Shown here one piece after another: positions 12,055-22,767 of a stretch of DNA of 64,000 nt (position 1 is the first letter of the stretch; the number at the start of each line of letters is the position of its first letter). The notes beneath the pieces were generated by a model. That model saw nothing but the letters and a program-made list of their open reading frames with translations, did no database searches and had not been told where the DNA came from. Position numbers and translations under genes: made by a program. The stretch comes from Kondoa subrosea (Eukaryota), in NCBI GenBank assembly GCA_039545335.1, contig BCIN01000001.1, positions 1,981,129-2,045,128 on the forward strand. Reading direction: 5' to 3'.

Positions 12055-13525
12055 TCAGTGAGACGCCAGAGCTGAAGCTCCGTCCGAGACACCACTTTCT
12101 GCTGCGTCCACATCCGCATCGTTGTCAGGGGAAGTAGAAGAAGTCGAAGTAGATCCACCATTAGCAGCGTACTCAATCATAGCTTCTTTATAGGTAGCTG
12201 TAGCCTGCTGAGCTTGTTCCAAGAACGGCTGTCAATACAAAAAGCATACAATCAGATTTGAAACTGATGGAGGATAGTTTCAGTACTGACCTTCTTTTGC
12301 TCCTCTGTCATAGCTCTCCATTCATCTCCAGCTTTCTGAGCAGCGGCAGAGAATTCCTGGATACCCGAAATGTTGTGCTTGGTGGAAGGTACACCACTGA
12401 GTCGAGATTTCTCTTCCATCTTCTCTTCAGCTAATAGTTTGGCTTCATCCAACCAGTTGGCATCTTGTCTTTGAGTATCAAGGTAGATGAAGAAAGCGGA
12501 CATAGGCCTCTTGGGTTTCTTAGGATCACTGTACATGAAGGAAGTCTTCCATCAATATTGAGATTGATTGGAAGATCCTGGCACGTACATGAGGTTCTTC
12601 TTCGAAGAAGCACCTGATTTTCTTCTCAGTGATCTACGAAGGTTCTCTGATTTGACTTGCTCGGGCGTTAGAAGACTGATGGCTTCCGCCAAATCGACTT
12701 TATATTGCTTTTTGACCTCTTCCAAGCGAACAGCCAAATCCTGTGCATCCAATCATTATTCTCAGCTACATGGTTAGCTGGGACAATAATGTAGACGCAC
12801 ATCTTTCTCCGATTGGGATAGTTTCTTATAATCTTCTGCAGCTTGGTGAGCTGATTTAGCAACACTGAACTTCTCTCCTTCAGGAACGCTAGCTTTCAAT
12901 TCCTGTGCCAAGCAACCAATACCTCATCAGTCTGAAACTGAAAGAGCATATGGATCGCACGCACGGGTAATCGCTCGGTATAGTATAGCACCCAAGTTGA
13001 AGAGATGCGTTTAGGTAATTTAACACTTGGTGGTAGTTTGGGTTTGGTAGCTGTGCATACAACTATCTGTACGTGTTCTCAACACTGTAGAGCACACAAC
13101 TCACCTGTAGCTTTCTTGACAACCGGTTTCTTTGCAGGAGTAGCTTTCTTTGCTGGCTGCTTCTTTGCTTTAGGTGCCGCTTTAGCTTTAGTAGTAGTTG
13201 AAGCTTTCTTGGAGGTAGTCGCAGCCTTCTTCTTTGGTGCAGCTTTAGCCTTTGTAGTAGAAGCTTTGGCTTTAGTAGTAGAAGATGTAGCCTTTTTCGG
13301 CTTCTTGACTACAATCTCATCAGCATCCTTATCTTCTTCTATAATCTGCTTCTTGGCAGGTGACCATGTCTTTGCAGTGTATGACAGAGACCGGGATAGT
13401 AGAGGTGTGTAGGATGATGATGAGGGGAAGGCTGGCTTGAGCGCGATGGATTTGGAAATACAAGCGCGAGTAGCGACTGAGCGCAATGCTGAGGCTAACG
13501 TATTAGGTACACGGCGATAGAGCAT
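12055..13525 (-). CDS. Mitochondrial HMG-box DNA-packaging protein (Abf2/TFAM-like) with a Lys/Ala-rich H1-like linker
   Basis: Arg/Ser-rich presequence MLYRRVPNTLASALRS, K/A-rich region, and two HMG-box-like units (PKVKLPKRIFST..; PKKPKRPMSAFFIYL..AGDEWRAMTEEQKK|PF). Confidence 0.8.
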
Positions 13526-13738
13526 AGTGAGAGGGCGGCTGTTTCAGGTAGACAAAAGAGAGAGTCCAACGGGCAGCTCTGGGAAACAAAGCGCGATTTA
13601 GCATCTGTGAAATATTGTCATGTGAAAGATCTATCACAGATTTCCCTAACCTGAGTTGTTTTCTTTCCTTTCTCAGGCCGAAGAACTCAAGGATGCCTCT
13701 TTGATACCCTGAGTGACCTGATACAATCATAGCTGACA

Positions 13739-15692
13739 ATGGAGGAACCGCGAAGGGTGGTCAAGTCTCCAATCACTTCAGTCCATTCCTTCAGCAAACC
13801 CACGAATGCTGCTACCAGAGCTTCACCTAGCAATGTTCTGAAGGCCAGAGTAGATCTATCCTCTTTACCTTCACCTCCTGGCCTTAATCAATCACAGCAA
13901 CGAAGTCAACAGCAGCGGCCAATTGTAGTGACAGCCAAAGTATCGTCCAACAATGTATCTACACCTACTTCAAGCCCATTTACTAGACCTGCTTCAGCTG
14001 GTGGAAGACCTATTACTTCTCGACTGAGTACTCCACCTATAGCTGGCAGCAATACTTCAGGCGGAGCGAAGAGAGCAAGGACGAAATCCATGATCGATCC
14101 CACTACACCGGACAACTCACCTTCTCTCACTGCAACTTACGGAGGAAATAGATCTACACCTCGTGGTATAGCAAATGCAAGTGTTGTTGGTACAGATCGA
14201 CAAGGTTCTCGGACACCTACTTCACCTGTCATGCGAAGAACTCAATCCACTCAACCTGCTGTTCAAATAATCAATCGACCTAGGATGAGGAAGATCTCAG
14301 CTTCATACACCAATGCGGAGCTTTTACCTCCAGTAACGATTTCGCCTTCTTATCTTAACGGATCAACTACTTATACTTCCACTTCAACATCAAGTGATTC
14401 TTCTTCCTCTTCTTCCGCAAAATCTAAATTAGCTCAATCAACCAATTCCATCTTCCCTTCTTCTACCACAATTACTACCACGTCTAATATCAACCAATTA
14501 ACTAAATCAACATCCTCCTCCAATATTTCTCCTTTGATCAGAAGGAAACCAGCTTCAGTTCATCCTAAAGAAGTAGTAGAAGAACCTCTTTGGTTATCTC
14601 AACCACCACCTTCTCCTGGTACAAATAGTGGGAGGAAAACCTCAGTAAGACCTAAAAGTAGTGCTGGTCATGCAAGAAGTCAAAGCGCTGATTCTGCTTC
14701 TTCAATGGGTATCAAATCCGGTTTGAGCGCAGTAGCTTCTAGTGGTGGTGGTGATGAGAGTGAGAAAGGTCAAAGTCAAGGTGTGACGGAAGAGTGGTTT
14801 GTTGCCAGAAGAGAAGAAGAAAGAGCGAGGGAAAGAGAAAGGGAAGCAAGAGAACATCGAAAGGTGCACATATGACCCCCTCTTTCTTCTTTGTGTTTTG
14901 CTAATTGTTATTGTGATTTTTGGGATTAGATATTGGATTTGGAAATCACAAACGCTTCCTTAGTAGCTCTGAACGCGACTTTGGAGAAATCCAAATCGAA
15001 ACAAGCTAATGAAATTAGAGAGCTACGTCGACGTATTCGAGATCAATCTTTACATTTACCTTTTCCTCCTCTACCTTCATCTCCAACACGATCAACCGAA
15101 GACGAAGAAGATGACGAAGATGATGAGGAGATTAGTTGGGAAAGAATGCTGCAAGAAGATCCAAGGTTCAAAGAGGTAGCAAGAGTGATGGAATCTTTAG
15201 TGAGAAGAGGTGAACAAGCGATTTCAGCACCAATGCATTTTGGAACTCGAGTATTAGGTGAAGGAGCTCATGTAAATGTCGGTGGGTTGAGGAAGCGGGA
15301 AGAGAGCAGTGACTCGCTGGTTGATGAGAGTCTGATGGATTCGAGGGATACATCCATCGACGAAGAGGAAGAGGAAGAAGAGGATAGCAATAGTCCGCCT
15401 AGGATCTTGCCTAGGTATAGTGAATTATCAACGGTATCCGAGCCAGAGGTAAGTACAGATTTAATCATTTCAATCCATTGTATGCTAAGTCAACATTGGA
15501 TAGGGACATCTGGCTGGCTTCAAAGTGGAAGACTGGAAGAAAGCTCAACCTCTTCATCATATTCCAGCTTCTCCCCGTATGCATTCTTTTGCCGAAGCCA
15601 ACTCTGCACCTCTAACACCCACTTCTTCAGCCTTTTCTACCATTAGTCAATTCTGGGGGTCAAGTCCGAAGTTGCCGTTCTCCAAGCAATGA
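13739..15692 (+). CDS. Ser/Pro-rich hypothetical protein with a coiled coil (RKxxDLEITNASL motif)
   Basis: ORFs 13739..14875 and 14933..15646 join through an intron (HRK|ILDLEITNASLVALNATLE); the last exon ends ...KLPFSKQ* at 15692. Confidence 0.75.
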
Positions 15693-15914
15693 TTTCGTCG
15701 TTCAAGTGTGTATAAAGTATGTAAAACGCCCCCCTTTTGTGTTTGTGATTTGTATAGTACCATGTAATTACGCATAGATACGGTCATTTTGATTATTATT
15801 TTGCAAGCTTCGGGTATTTGCATGTCAGCAGACGATCTCTCTACGTTCAAGGTATGTGTCCGTTCATGTAGTTCATAACAGAAACTAAGCTTCTTCTGCA
15901 GTGTATTCCCCTCG

Positions 15915-16142
15915 CTTACATGACTTCTTTTGCTGCTTCCTATCACCTCTTCTTCCGCGCGGAGTAGTGCTCAAATGTCTCCAGCATTGGGCCTGATCTT
16001 CAGTTCTTACCATTTGTCTTGTGCTTTGATTATATATGCTTGATCTCCTGGTTGAAATTGGGCTGCATCGGACCGGAAGAGACGCAGTTGTTGCCAGGTC
16101 CAATAGCTCACGACTTGAAATACAAGCTCGCGCTCTCGGGCA
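15915..16142 (-). pseudogene. Distal fragment of the decayed gene interrupted by the RPS13 inverted-repeat block
   Basis: Open frame ARERELVFQVVSYWTWQQLRLFRSDAAQFQPGDQAYIIKAQDK up to a GTAAG donor at 16010. It is in frame with the 20280-side fragment when 16143-20279 is removed. Confidence 0.5.
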
Positions 16143-16615
16143 TCTGCAAATTTGCATATATCGAGAATCTAGTTTCTTAGCCTATTTATCTTCCTTCTTA
16201 ATTCAACATGATATATCACAAAAGGCACGTCGCTGACTATGTAAGCTTCCTGACAGTCTCCTCGCCCAGCTTCAACCAACAACAGAGCAGCAATAAGTAA
16301 GTTTCACTTTATCTCTTTCTATCTCTTCTGTGAAGCCCTGAACTGATTTTTAACAGATCATGGGACGTCTACACAACCCAGGAAAGGGCATATGTCAGTT
16401 TAGGCTGCTTTGCGCCTTGTGCCTTCATCGTTGACTTTGAAGATCTCTTGGCAAATCAGCCGGATCTGCTCTACCTTACAGACGAGCACCCGCTAAATGG
16501 GTCAAGGCTACTCCTGAAGAAGTCGCTGATCAAATCTTCAAGCTCGCCAAGAAGGGTATGACTCTCTCGCAAATCGGCATTGTCCTTCGTGATTCGCACG
16601 GAATCGCTCAAGTCA
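16143..16615 (+). repeat. Left arm of a 473-bp inverted repeat (RPS13 promoter + 5' UTR intron + codons 1-63)
   Basis: Reverse complement of 19807-20279 with no indels and 7 substitutions by my count; paired coordinates all sum to 36422. Confidence 0.97.
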
Positions 16616-16663
16616 GTTTTTATGTCACGTCAATAGGCACTGAAATCTTGAATGCAGGTCTAA
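16360..16663 (+). pseudogene. RPS13: Truncated duplicate of 40S ribosomal protein S13 (uS15), residues 1-63, carrying P47L
   Basis: [63 protein letters not shown]; homology ends at 16615. The conserved TPSQIG reads TLSQIG here. Confidence 0.9.
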
Positions 16664-16696
16664 TGTTATAATCAGGTACAATCACTGCTTGACAGA

Positions 16697-18064
16697 CTAA
16701 TGCTTCAGTGCTTTTGTGCCATATTTGTTGACAATAGTGCCAGGTGTTTGTGTCGTCTGCTCGGGTGACAGCAAGCTATTGAGCTGGGTAAGAGTCTTGC
16801 GGGCATGGTCTGTTAGATGCTGTTTAATGTGGGCGTGTGATTGGATTTGAGGGATAGCTTCATCGTAGTGAATACAGCGATCGCTTTTGCAATCAGTAAG
16901 ATGTTCGGCAAGCTCGTACTCCCACAAAAAGGCATAGACGAATGTGAGCAGAAGAGTGGTCAGATGTGGCGGGAATGGGACAGTATATAGTTTTGCTTTC
17001 GTCTCCTTCAAGAGGTGAATATCGTGATTGAAATGGATCTTTGAGCAGTGAAAAACACATAGATTGAGCGTGGTCATTCCACTCTCCACCGGAAAAGAAT
17101 TTGAATAAAGCGTTGTATTCAGACTTGTAAGAGCTGGCTCTATCCTGGTAAGACCTTTCGAAAGCACGAGAGATGTTGCGAAAGTGCGGCGCAAGCGTAG
17201 GATGGCATACCGGAATCTTGGTATGATTGGCAATAGGATACAATTGATGCTGTTTCGGTGTTGCTTTAGCCAGCGGACTTGTCATGTCTATGATCATGTT
17301 GAGTAGTTGAGAGCTGAGATCAAAGTAACTTACAACCATCAAACTTGCGTTGCTCATTGTTATCGTGCTTGCTTCTCAGATATGCCTGCTGATCAATCTG
17401 CAGGGATGCTGAAAGACTTCTACAGGTGGTATACCAATCATTCAGAGCTTCCTCGTATGAGGCACCAGCTCGACAAGCGTAATCTCGATGTGTGAATGGC
17501 AGATGAAAACGCATTTCCGCTTGATAGGCTTCCATGTTTCAACGAAATCGCTGGTTCCAAAAGCATTCTGTACACATCTTTCCGTTCGTGAAAGCGACGT
17601 CCTTCGAGCCGGCGATTTTGACAATGAGGAACCTATCGGAGGACGTCTTGTAGGCGCGTATAAAGGGAGTCAAGTAGCCAGCATGTTCGAGTGTAGTGTG
17701 GCCGTCTTTATCAACATCTTTGCGATAAATGTAACTCATAACAGTGTCGATGACACAGCGCGAGAGCTGATCGAGGGAAACGTGCTGCTTGTTTTCTTGC
17801 TTTGATAGCTCCTGCGCACTCCAGAAATTCTCTGGGATAGCCTCGAATTGTATCCCTCGTCGACAGACTGGAAGAAGATGGGCTTGTGTCTTGGGTGCAT
17901 CTCAGGAGCAGTAATATTCGCAGAGCGTAAGACATCGTCATAAGCCAAAGGGGAAGGATGACTTCGCTCTAATTGAGAGGCAGTGTCAGTTACGAGCGCT
18001 GAGCACAACTACGCGCAAATGTAAAGGACTTACTGCTAGAATTCAGACAGATTTCTTGAGTCAT
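16697..18064 (-). pseudogene. Decayed ORF of unknown function with a Cys/His zinc-finger-like segment
   Basis: ATG 18064 and canonical introns (donor near 18033 / acceptor 17969; 17333-17288). Protein-like segments are split by an apparent frameshift near 17850, an in-frame TGA at 17539-17541 and a second shift near 16960 (CPIP..FLWEYELAEHLTDC). Confidence 0.6.
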
Positions 18065-18309
18065 AGTTGTAGCGGTCGTTTTCGATCAAGAGAGAAGAGA
18101 GTCAAAATAGAAGACGCAAAGCAAAGGCGGTGAAAAGACACTCGCCACGAAAAAGCAACGACAGAGTAGAGGAAGTGACGACAGAAAGCGAGACAGGACT
18201 GCATCACGTGTTTGCTCGCTTGAAGGCAGAGACAACCACAGGTGAAATAGCATCTGAGAGCTGAGCAGAAGGAAACTTCATTCAAACGCAATTGATGCGA
18301 TCTGTAGCC

Positions 18310-19035
18310 TCATATTGGGCTATTCAGCTTCTCCCATTCGCTTCGAAGTATCTATGGCATAATATATGGTGAGAAACCCTTTACCATGAGCAATTGCGTA
18401 CTTACGCCCATGATCACTTCGTCGTATAGTTTTCCTTCGTAGTACCAGCACTGCCTGATCCTTCCTTCTTCCACTATAAATCGCCTTGATCAGCAATGGT
18501 ATATCAGGGCAATCAAGCCAGCTGACCGAAACCTATTCGCCGATAACACTTCTCTGCGCCCATGTTGACAGCAAGATAGTCCAGTGATACGCGGTTCAGG
18601 TTACTGTCATCAAGTCTCAGCAGATAACATGCCTGCGGAAAGGAATACCCACAAGTCTAAGAAAGCTCGCTCAAGCAACCATTTGATAGCTTCCGTGCCC
18701 AATCCTTTGCCAACGCAATCGCTGAGAAACACGATTCCCATAGTAGCATCTCTATGTCTCAACCCTCGAGCTAAATTGGATGCTGTGTGCGAGTTGAGAC
18801 TGATCAAACCGATGTCTCTATTGGTCTCCCTTTCGACTAAAATAGCAGAAAAGAGAAGAGTACTGAGTTGTTCCAGTCGTGCTGTGGCTTGTTTCCTACT
18901 GCAGAGCTGGGTAGACGGTCGTGCACTTGCCAAGGAAGCGAGAGGATCAGCATCCAGTGCCAATATATGATCGATATCTTTGTCTGTGTCTGGATTGACT
19001 GCCCGACAATAGAGTCTCGGCATTTGAGGAAGCAT
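18310..19035 (-). CDS. GNAT family N-acetyltransferase (RimJ/RimL-like, Acetyltransf_3)
   Basis: IGLISL, GIVFLSDCVGKGLGTEAIKWLLERAF (acetyl-CoA motif A), LNRVSLDYLAVNMGAEKCYRRIGFVEEGRIRQ and DEVIMG|ILRSEW; three GT-AG introns; frame intact. Confidence 0.9.
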
Positions 19036-19371
19036 CGTGATTCGTATAGAATGAGAAGGGCCGCAGGACAGGTTTATCGGAAACAACGAAGCTCAGGAAT
19101 TTGAAATGAGACAATGAGACAACTCAAAGGGCCCTTGTTCAAGAACAATTGGAGGCACAGGCTTGATTGCGACGTGAAGCCTAGTCAGCTTCGCTGGGTG
19201 GTGATAACGTGGTTGAGGTGGGACAGCTGTGGCACATTTATAATCAGATGCACGCCGGCCCGTGAGCGAATGAAGCGACTAGTAGTCAATGGTGCACTAG
19301 ATTGAAGGCATGGAACGAAGCGTGAATATGCAATGATCTCTACTCTGCGCTTCACTAAACCCCGAAGCAAA

Positions 19372-20062
19372 TTACGAAACCAAAGTGCTGGCCATTTGAG
19401 CGTCGTACTTGAAGGTAGGTGCCTGCATCCATTGATCAGCAGGTAGTCCATGCGTGTGCTACGATACAAACGTACGACTTGAGCCTTAGTTTTGTAGTAT
19501 CGAACAAGTCGGTGAATTCTTGATTCAACGAGAATGAGTCTGTAGGCAGACGCACTAGACATGAGTACCACTACAGTACACATAATCGGCTACTCCTACC
19601 TGAACTTGGAGTCCATGTCTTTTCTGTTGCGTTCGAGATGCTTTCGGATAGAGACAGCCTTCTTGATCAAGCAGTACAAATCTTCAGGAATAGTTGGTGC
19701 AAGACCTGTCAATGTGCACTTATCTGAGTGTGAGATGACACTACAACTCGTGCGCACTGACCGTTTGATTTCAAGATACGTAGAATTTTGTTACCAGTGA
19801 CAGACTTGACTTGAGCGATTCCGTGCGAATCACGAAGGACAATGCCGATTTGCGAAGGAGTCATACCCTTCTTGGCGAGCTTGAAGATTTGATCAGCAAC
19901 TTCTTCAGGAGTAGCCTTGACCCATTTAGCGGGTGCGCGTCTGTAAGGGAGAGCAGATCCGGCTGATTTGCCAAAAGATCTTCAAAGTCAACGATGAAGG
20001 CACAAGGCGCAAAGCAGCCTAAACTGACATATGCCCTTTCCTGGGTTGTGTAGACGTCCCAT
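19372..20062 (-). CDS. RPS13: 40S ribosomal protein S13 (uS15), full length
   Basis: Spliced [119 protein letters not shown]. Confidence 0.98.
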
Positions 20063-20279
20063 GATCTGTTAAAAATCAGTTCAGGGCTTCACAGAAGAGA
20101 TAGAAAGAGATAAAGTGAAACTTACTTATTGCTGCTCTGTTGTTGGTTGAAGCTGGGCGAGGAGACTGTCAGGAAGCTTACATAGTCAGCGACGTGCCTT
20201 TTGTGATATATCATGTTGAATTAAGAAGGAAGATAAATAGGCTAGGAAACTAGATTCTCGATATATGCAAATTTGCAGA
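19807..20279 (-). repeat. Right arm of the 473-bp inverted repeat (part of the functional RPS13)
   Basis: Reverse complement of 16143-16615; the outer end contains the perfect palindrome TGCAAATTTGCA. Confidence 0.97.
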
Positions 20280-21006
20280 ATGCTCCAGGCTGAGCTTGCA
20301 TTAGGCAGTGAGGGATTGACCCTGGCGATGATCACTCTGGCCGGTCGACTGGAGCCAGATGCATGTCCAGAAATCAAGCACATAAAACCGAAAGATGCAT
20401 CCCAGTCCATTCGAGAGAAGACGACTTGTTATAGTGCAGAGGGTATAATCCATCGTATAGCAATGAAATATAGGCTTGGACACTTACGAGAGCTTGAAGC
20501 TGAAAGTCGGTCGTCGAGGGAAGAGACTGCATTAAAGATTTTTGACAAGACACCTTTCACATCAGCTGTGAATCCTGAGGCTCCGGAAAAGACAGTAGAC
20601 TAGCTGAGGCATATAATAACACTACAAATTGGCTTCCATGAGCTCCCTGAAGCTATTGATCATTCCGGTTGAGCCGAGTTTTGGCTGAGAACCTTTTTTT
20701 GCGAAGGGAGCAGTTTCTCTCGTTGTGAACACCAAGAAAGGTAAGGCTCTATTCTTGTTGGCAGTCGCAATCTCTGTATACCACGCTGTGATATCCTGCA
20801 TGAGTAAGAATCGTCTGCCTGCATACTTCCAGCTTGCAAAATCTCGACAATTGCAATTGGCCGTCAACTATAGGAGCTGCTCTCTGTAACAGCATCTGCA
20901 TCTCAACATATGCTGAGCACAAGGAAGACCTGCAGCATCATTCCATTAACGTGCAAGCGCCTGCTAGCTTGTCATGAAAGTTCGACCAATGGCAAAACTT
21001 TATAAC
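20280..21006 (-). pseudogene. Proximal fragment of a decayed gene, possibly a DUF3435/Crypton-type tyrosine recombinase remnant
   Basis: Protein-like frames with stops: ITAWYTEIATANKNR..GMINSFRELMEANL* and VLSKIFNAVSSLDDRLSASSSRKCPSLYFIAIRWIIPSAL*QVVFSRMDWDASFGFMCLISGHASGSSRP. The family call is pattern resemblance only. Confidence 0.4.
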
Positions 21007-21244
21007 AATGCAACGCAAATCTCGTTGTATTTGCATCTTACTAGCAGCAAATGATTGTGGCCGCTCAACGGATGAAGATTTCGAGCACCTGCCCAATCAT
21101 CCAAATCGCCAAAATTGCATTCACCTTTGCAAGATTATCGCGCTTTGCGGTTTTCCCCCTGTCTTTCTTTCTTCGTGCACTCGCCTATTCTCAAAGTCAT
21201 CCCTTTACTAGAATGTGAAGCTCATTGTGTTGTATTATAGCGCC

Positions 21245-22337
21245 ATGAAGCTAAACGTCGCCAACCCGTCTAGTGAGTTATCTTGCACTTGATCTTCTGA
21301 TGTATGCTCATATCTTCCCTACAGCCGGACAACAGAAATCCTTCGATTTCGATGATGAACGCAAGACGTAAGTCGAGTTTTTGCGTCTTGCTTTACTTTA
21401 CTTATTTCAATTTTATAGCCGTGTCTTCTACGAGTGAGCCTCTCTGCTTTATAACGCAAGAGCATCATCCCTGAATACCAGTGTGACTTGCGCAGAAAAC
21501 GCATGTCGCAAGAAGTCGCTGTAGACTCTCTGGGTGATGAATGGAAGGGATACGTTCTCCGCATTATGGGCGGTAACGATAAGCAAGGTTTCCCAAGTCA
21601 GTGTATCCTTAGACGACGCAGGAATATTGCTCACGTCTATTCAATACCGACAGTGAAACAAGGTGTCCTTCTACCTTACCGTGTTCGCCTTCTTCTTTCC
21701 GAAGGTCACTCCTGCTTCCGGGAACGCCGTGATGGTCAACGCAAGCGCAAGTCCGTTCGTGGATGCATCGTCGCTGCCGATATCGCCGCTCTTTCCCTCG
21801 TTGTAGTCAAGCAAGGAGATGCCGATATCCCAGGTCTGACCGATCAAGTCTTGCCCAAACGTCTTGGTCCCAAGAGAGCTACCAAAATCAGACGCTTCTT
21901 CAACTTGTCAAAGGACGATGATGTTAGAAAATTCGTCATTCGCAGAGAGGTTGTCAGCAAGAAGGAAGGCGCTAAGCCTTACACCAAAGCGTACGCGAAA
22001 TCCACGAGTATGACTACTGTAGTGTCTAATTGTGATGATTTGTCGTACAGTCCCAAGATCCAGAGATTGGTTACTCCTCAGCGCCTCCAACGCCGCCGTC
22101 ACTTGCGTGAGTTGCACAGGATAGCAATCTCTGCTCAATGCTGATTCTTGTCCTTCTTGACTCACAGGCTCTCTCCAAAAGCGCAAGACCGAATCTCAAA
22201 AAGAGCAAATTGCCGAATACAAGGTTATCCTCAACAAGCGTGTGGAAGAGAAGAAGGCCAAGGTCACTGCTGCCAAGACTGCTGCCAAAGAAAGACGATC
22301 CAAAGCTGCTCCCGCTGCCACTGCTACCAGCTCATAA
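21245..22337 (+). CDS. RPS6: 40S ribosomal protein S6 (eS6), 7 exons
   Basis: MKLNVANP.., [65 protein letters not shown]. Confidence 0.98.
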
Positions 22338-22767
22338 TTTTTCCCTTTGAAGTTCACAGAACGGGCGGAAAAGCATTTTTTGGGCGTTTGATCTTTAGCA
22401 TCTGGTTTAGCTTGCATTTGTACTCGTCAGGGCTCTTGCAATAGATCTGCTACTAGGCATCGCACGCATTCTGCCCGTGACTTGACCATATGAACTTATG
22501 AAATTGCAAAAATCGACTCCGCTTGACTCATTTGATTTGATTGTTTCCGCACGCTCAACGACCACATATCCACTAGACTCTACATATACTTGCTTCTAGA
22601 TATCGCGATTCCCTCCGGTAGATCGGCTGGGTGCGAGCAAGGTTCAAGCTTTGTTAATCTCTCCCCTGGTAATCTCAAATTGTAATTTCTCAGACAAAGC
22701 TCTGTTGAGCTATTCTGACTTCAGACTGATCAGCAGAGTACCCTTAAAGTACCTATTACTTCCTGCA

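Noticed and set aside
16143..16615. RIP-like hypermutation of the repeat arms
   Set aside because: Only 7 differences, in mixed directions and including transversions; too few to show a context bias.
17539..17541. In-frame TGA as selenocysteine or readthrough
   Set aside because: The same ORF also has frameshifts and the neighbouring fragments have TAA/TAG stops; ordinary decay explains it.
16143..20279. Classical TIR DNA transposon
   Set aside because: The arms are host RPS13 sequence, there is no target-site duplication, and no DDE transposase is recognisable inside.
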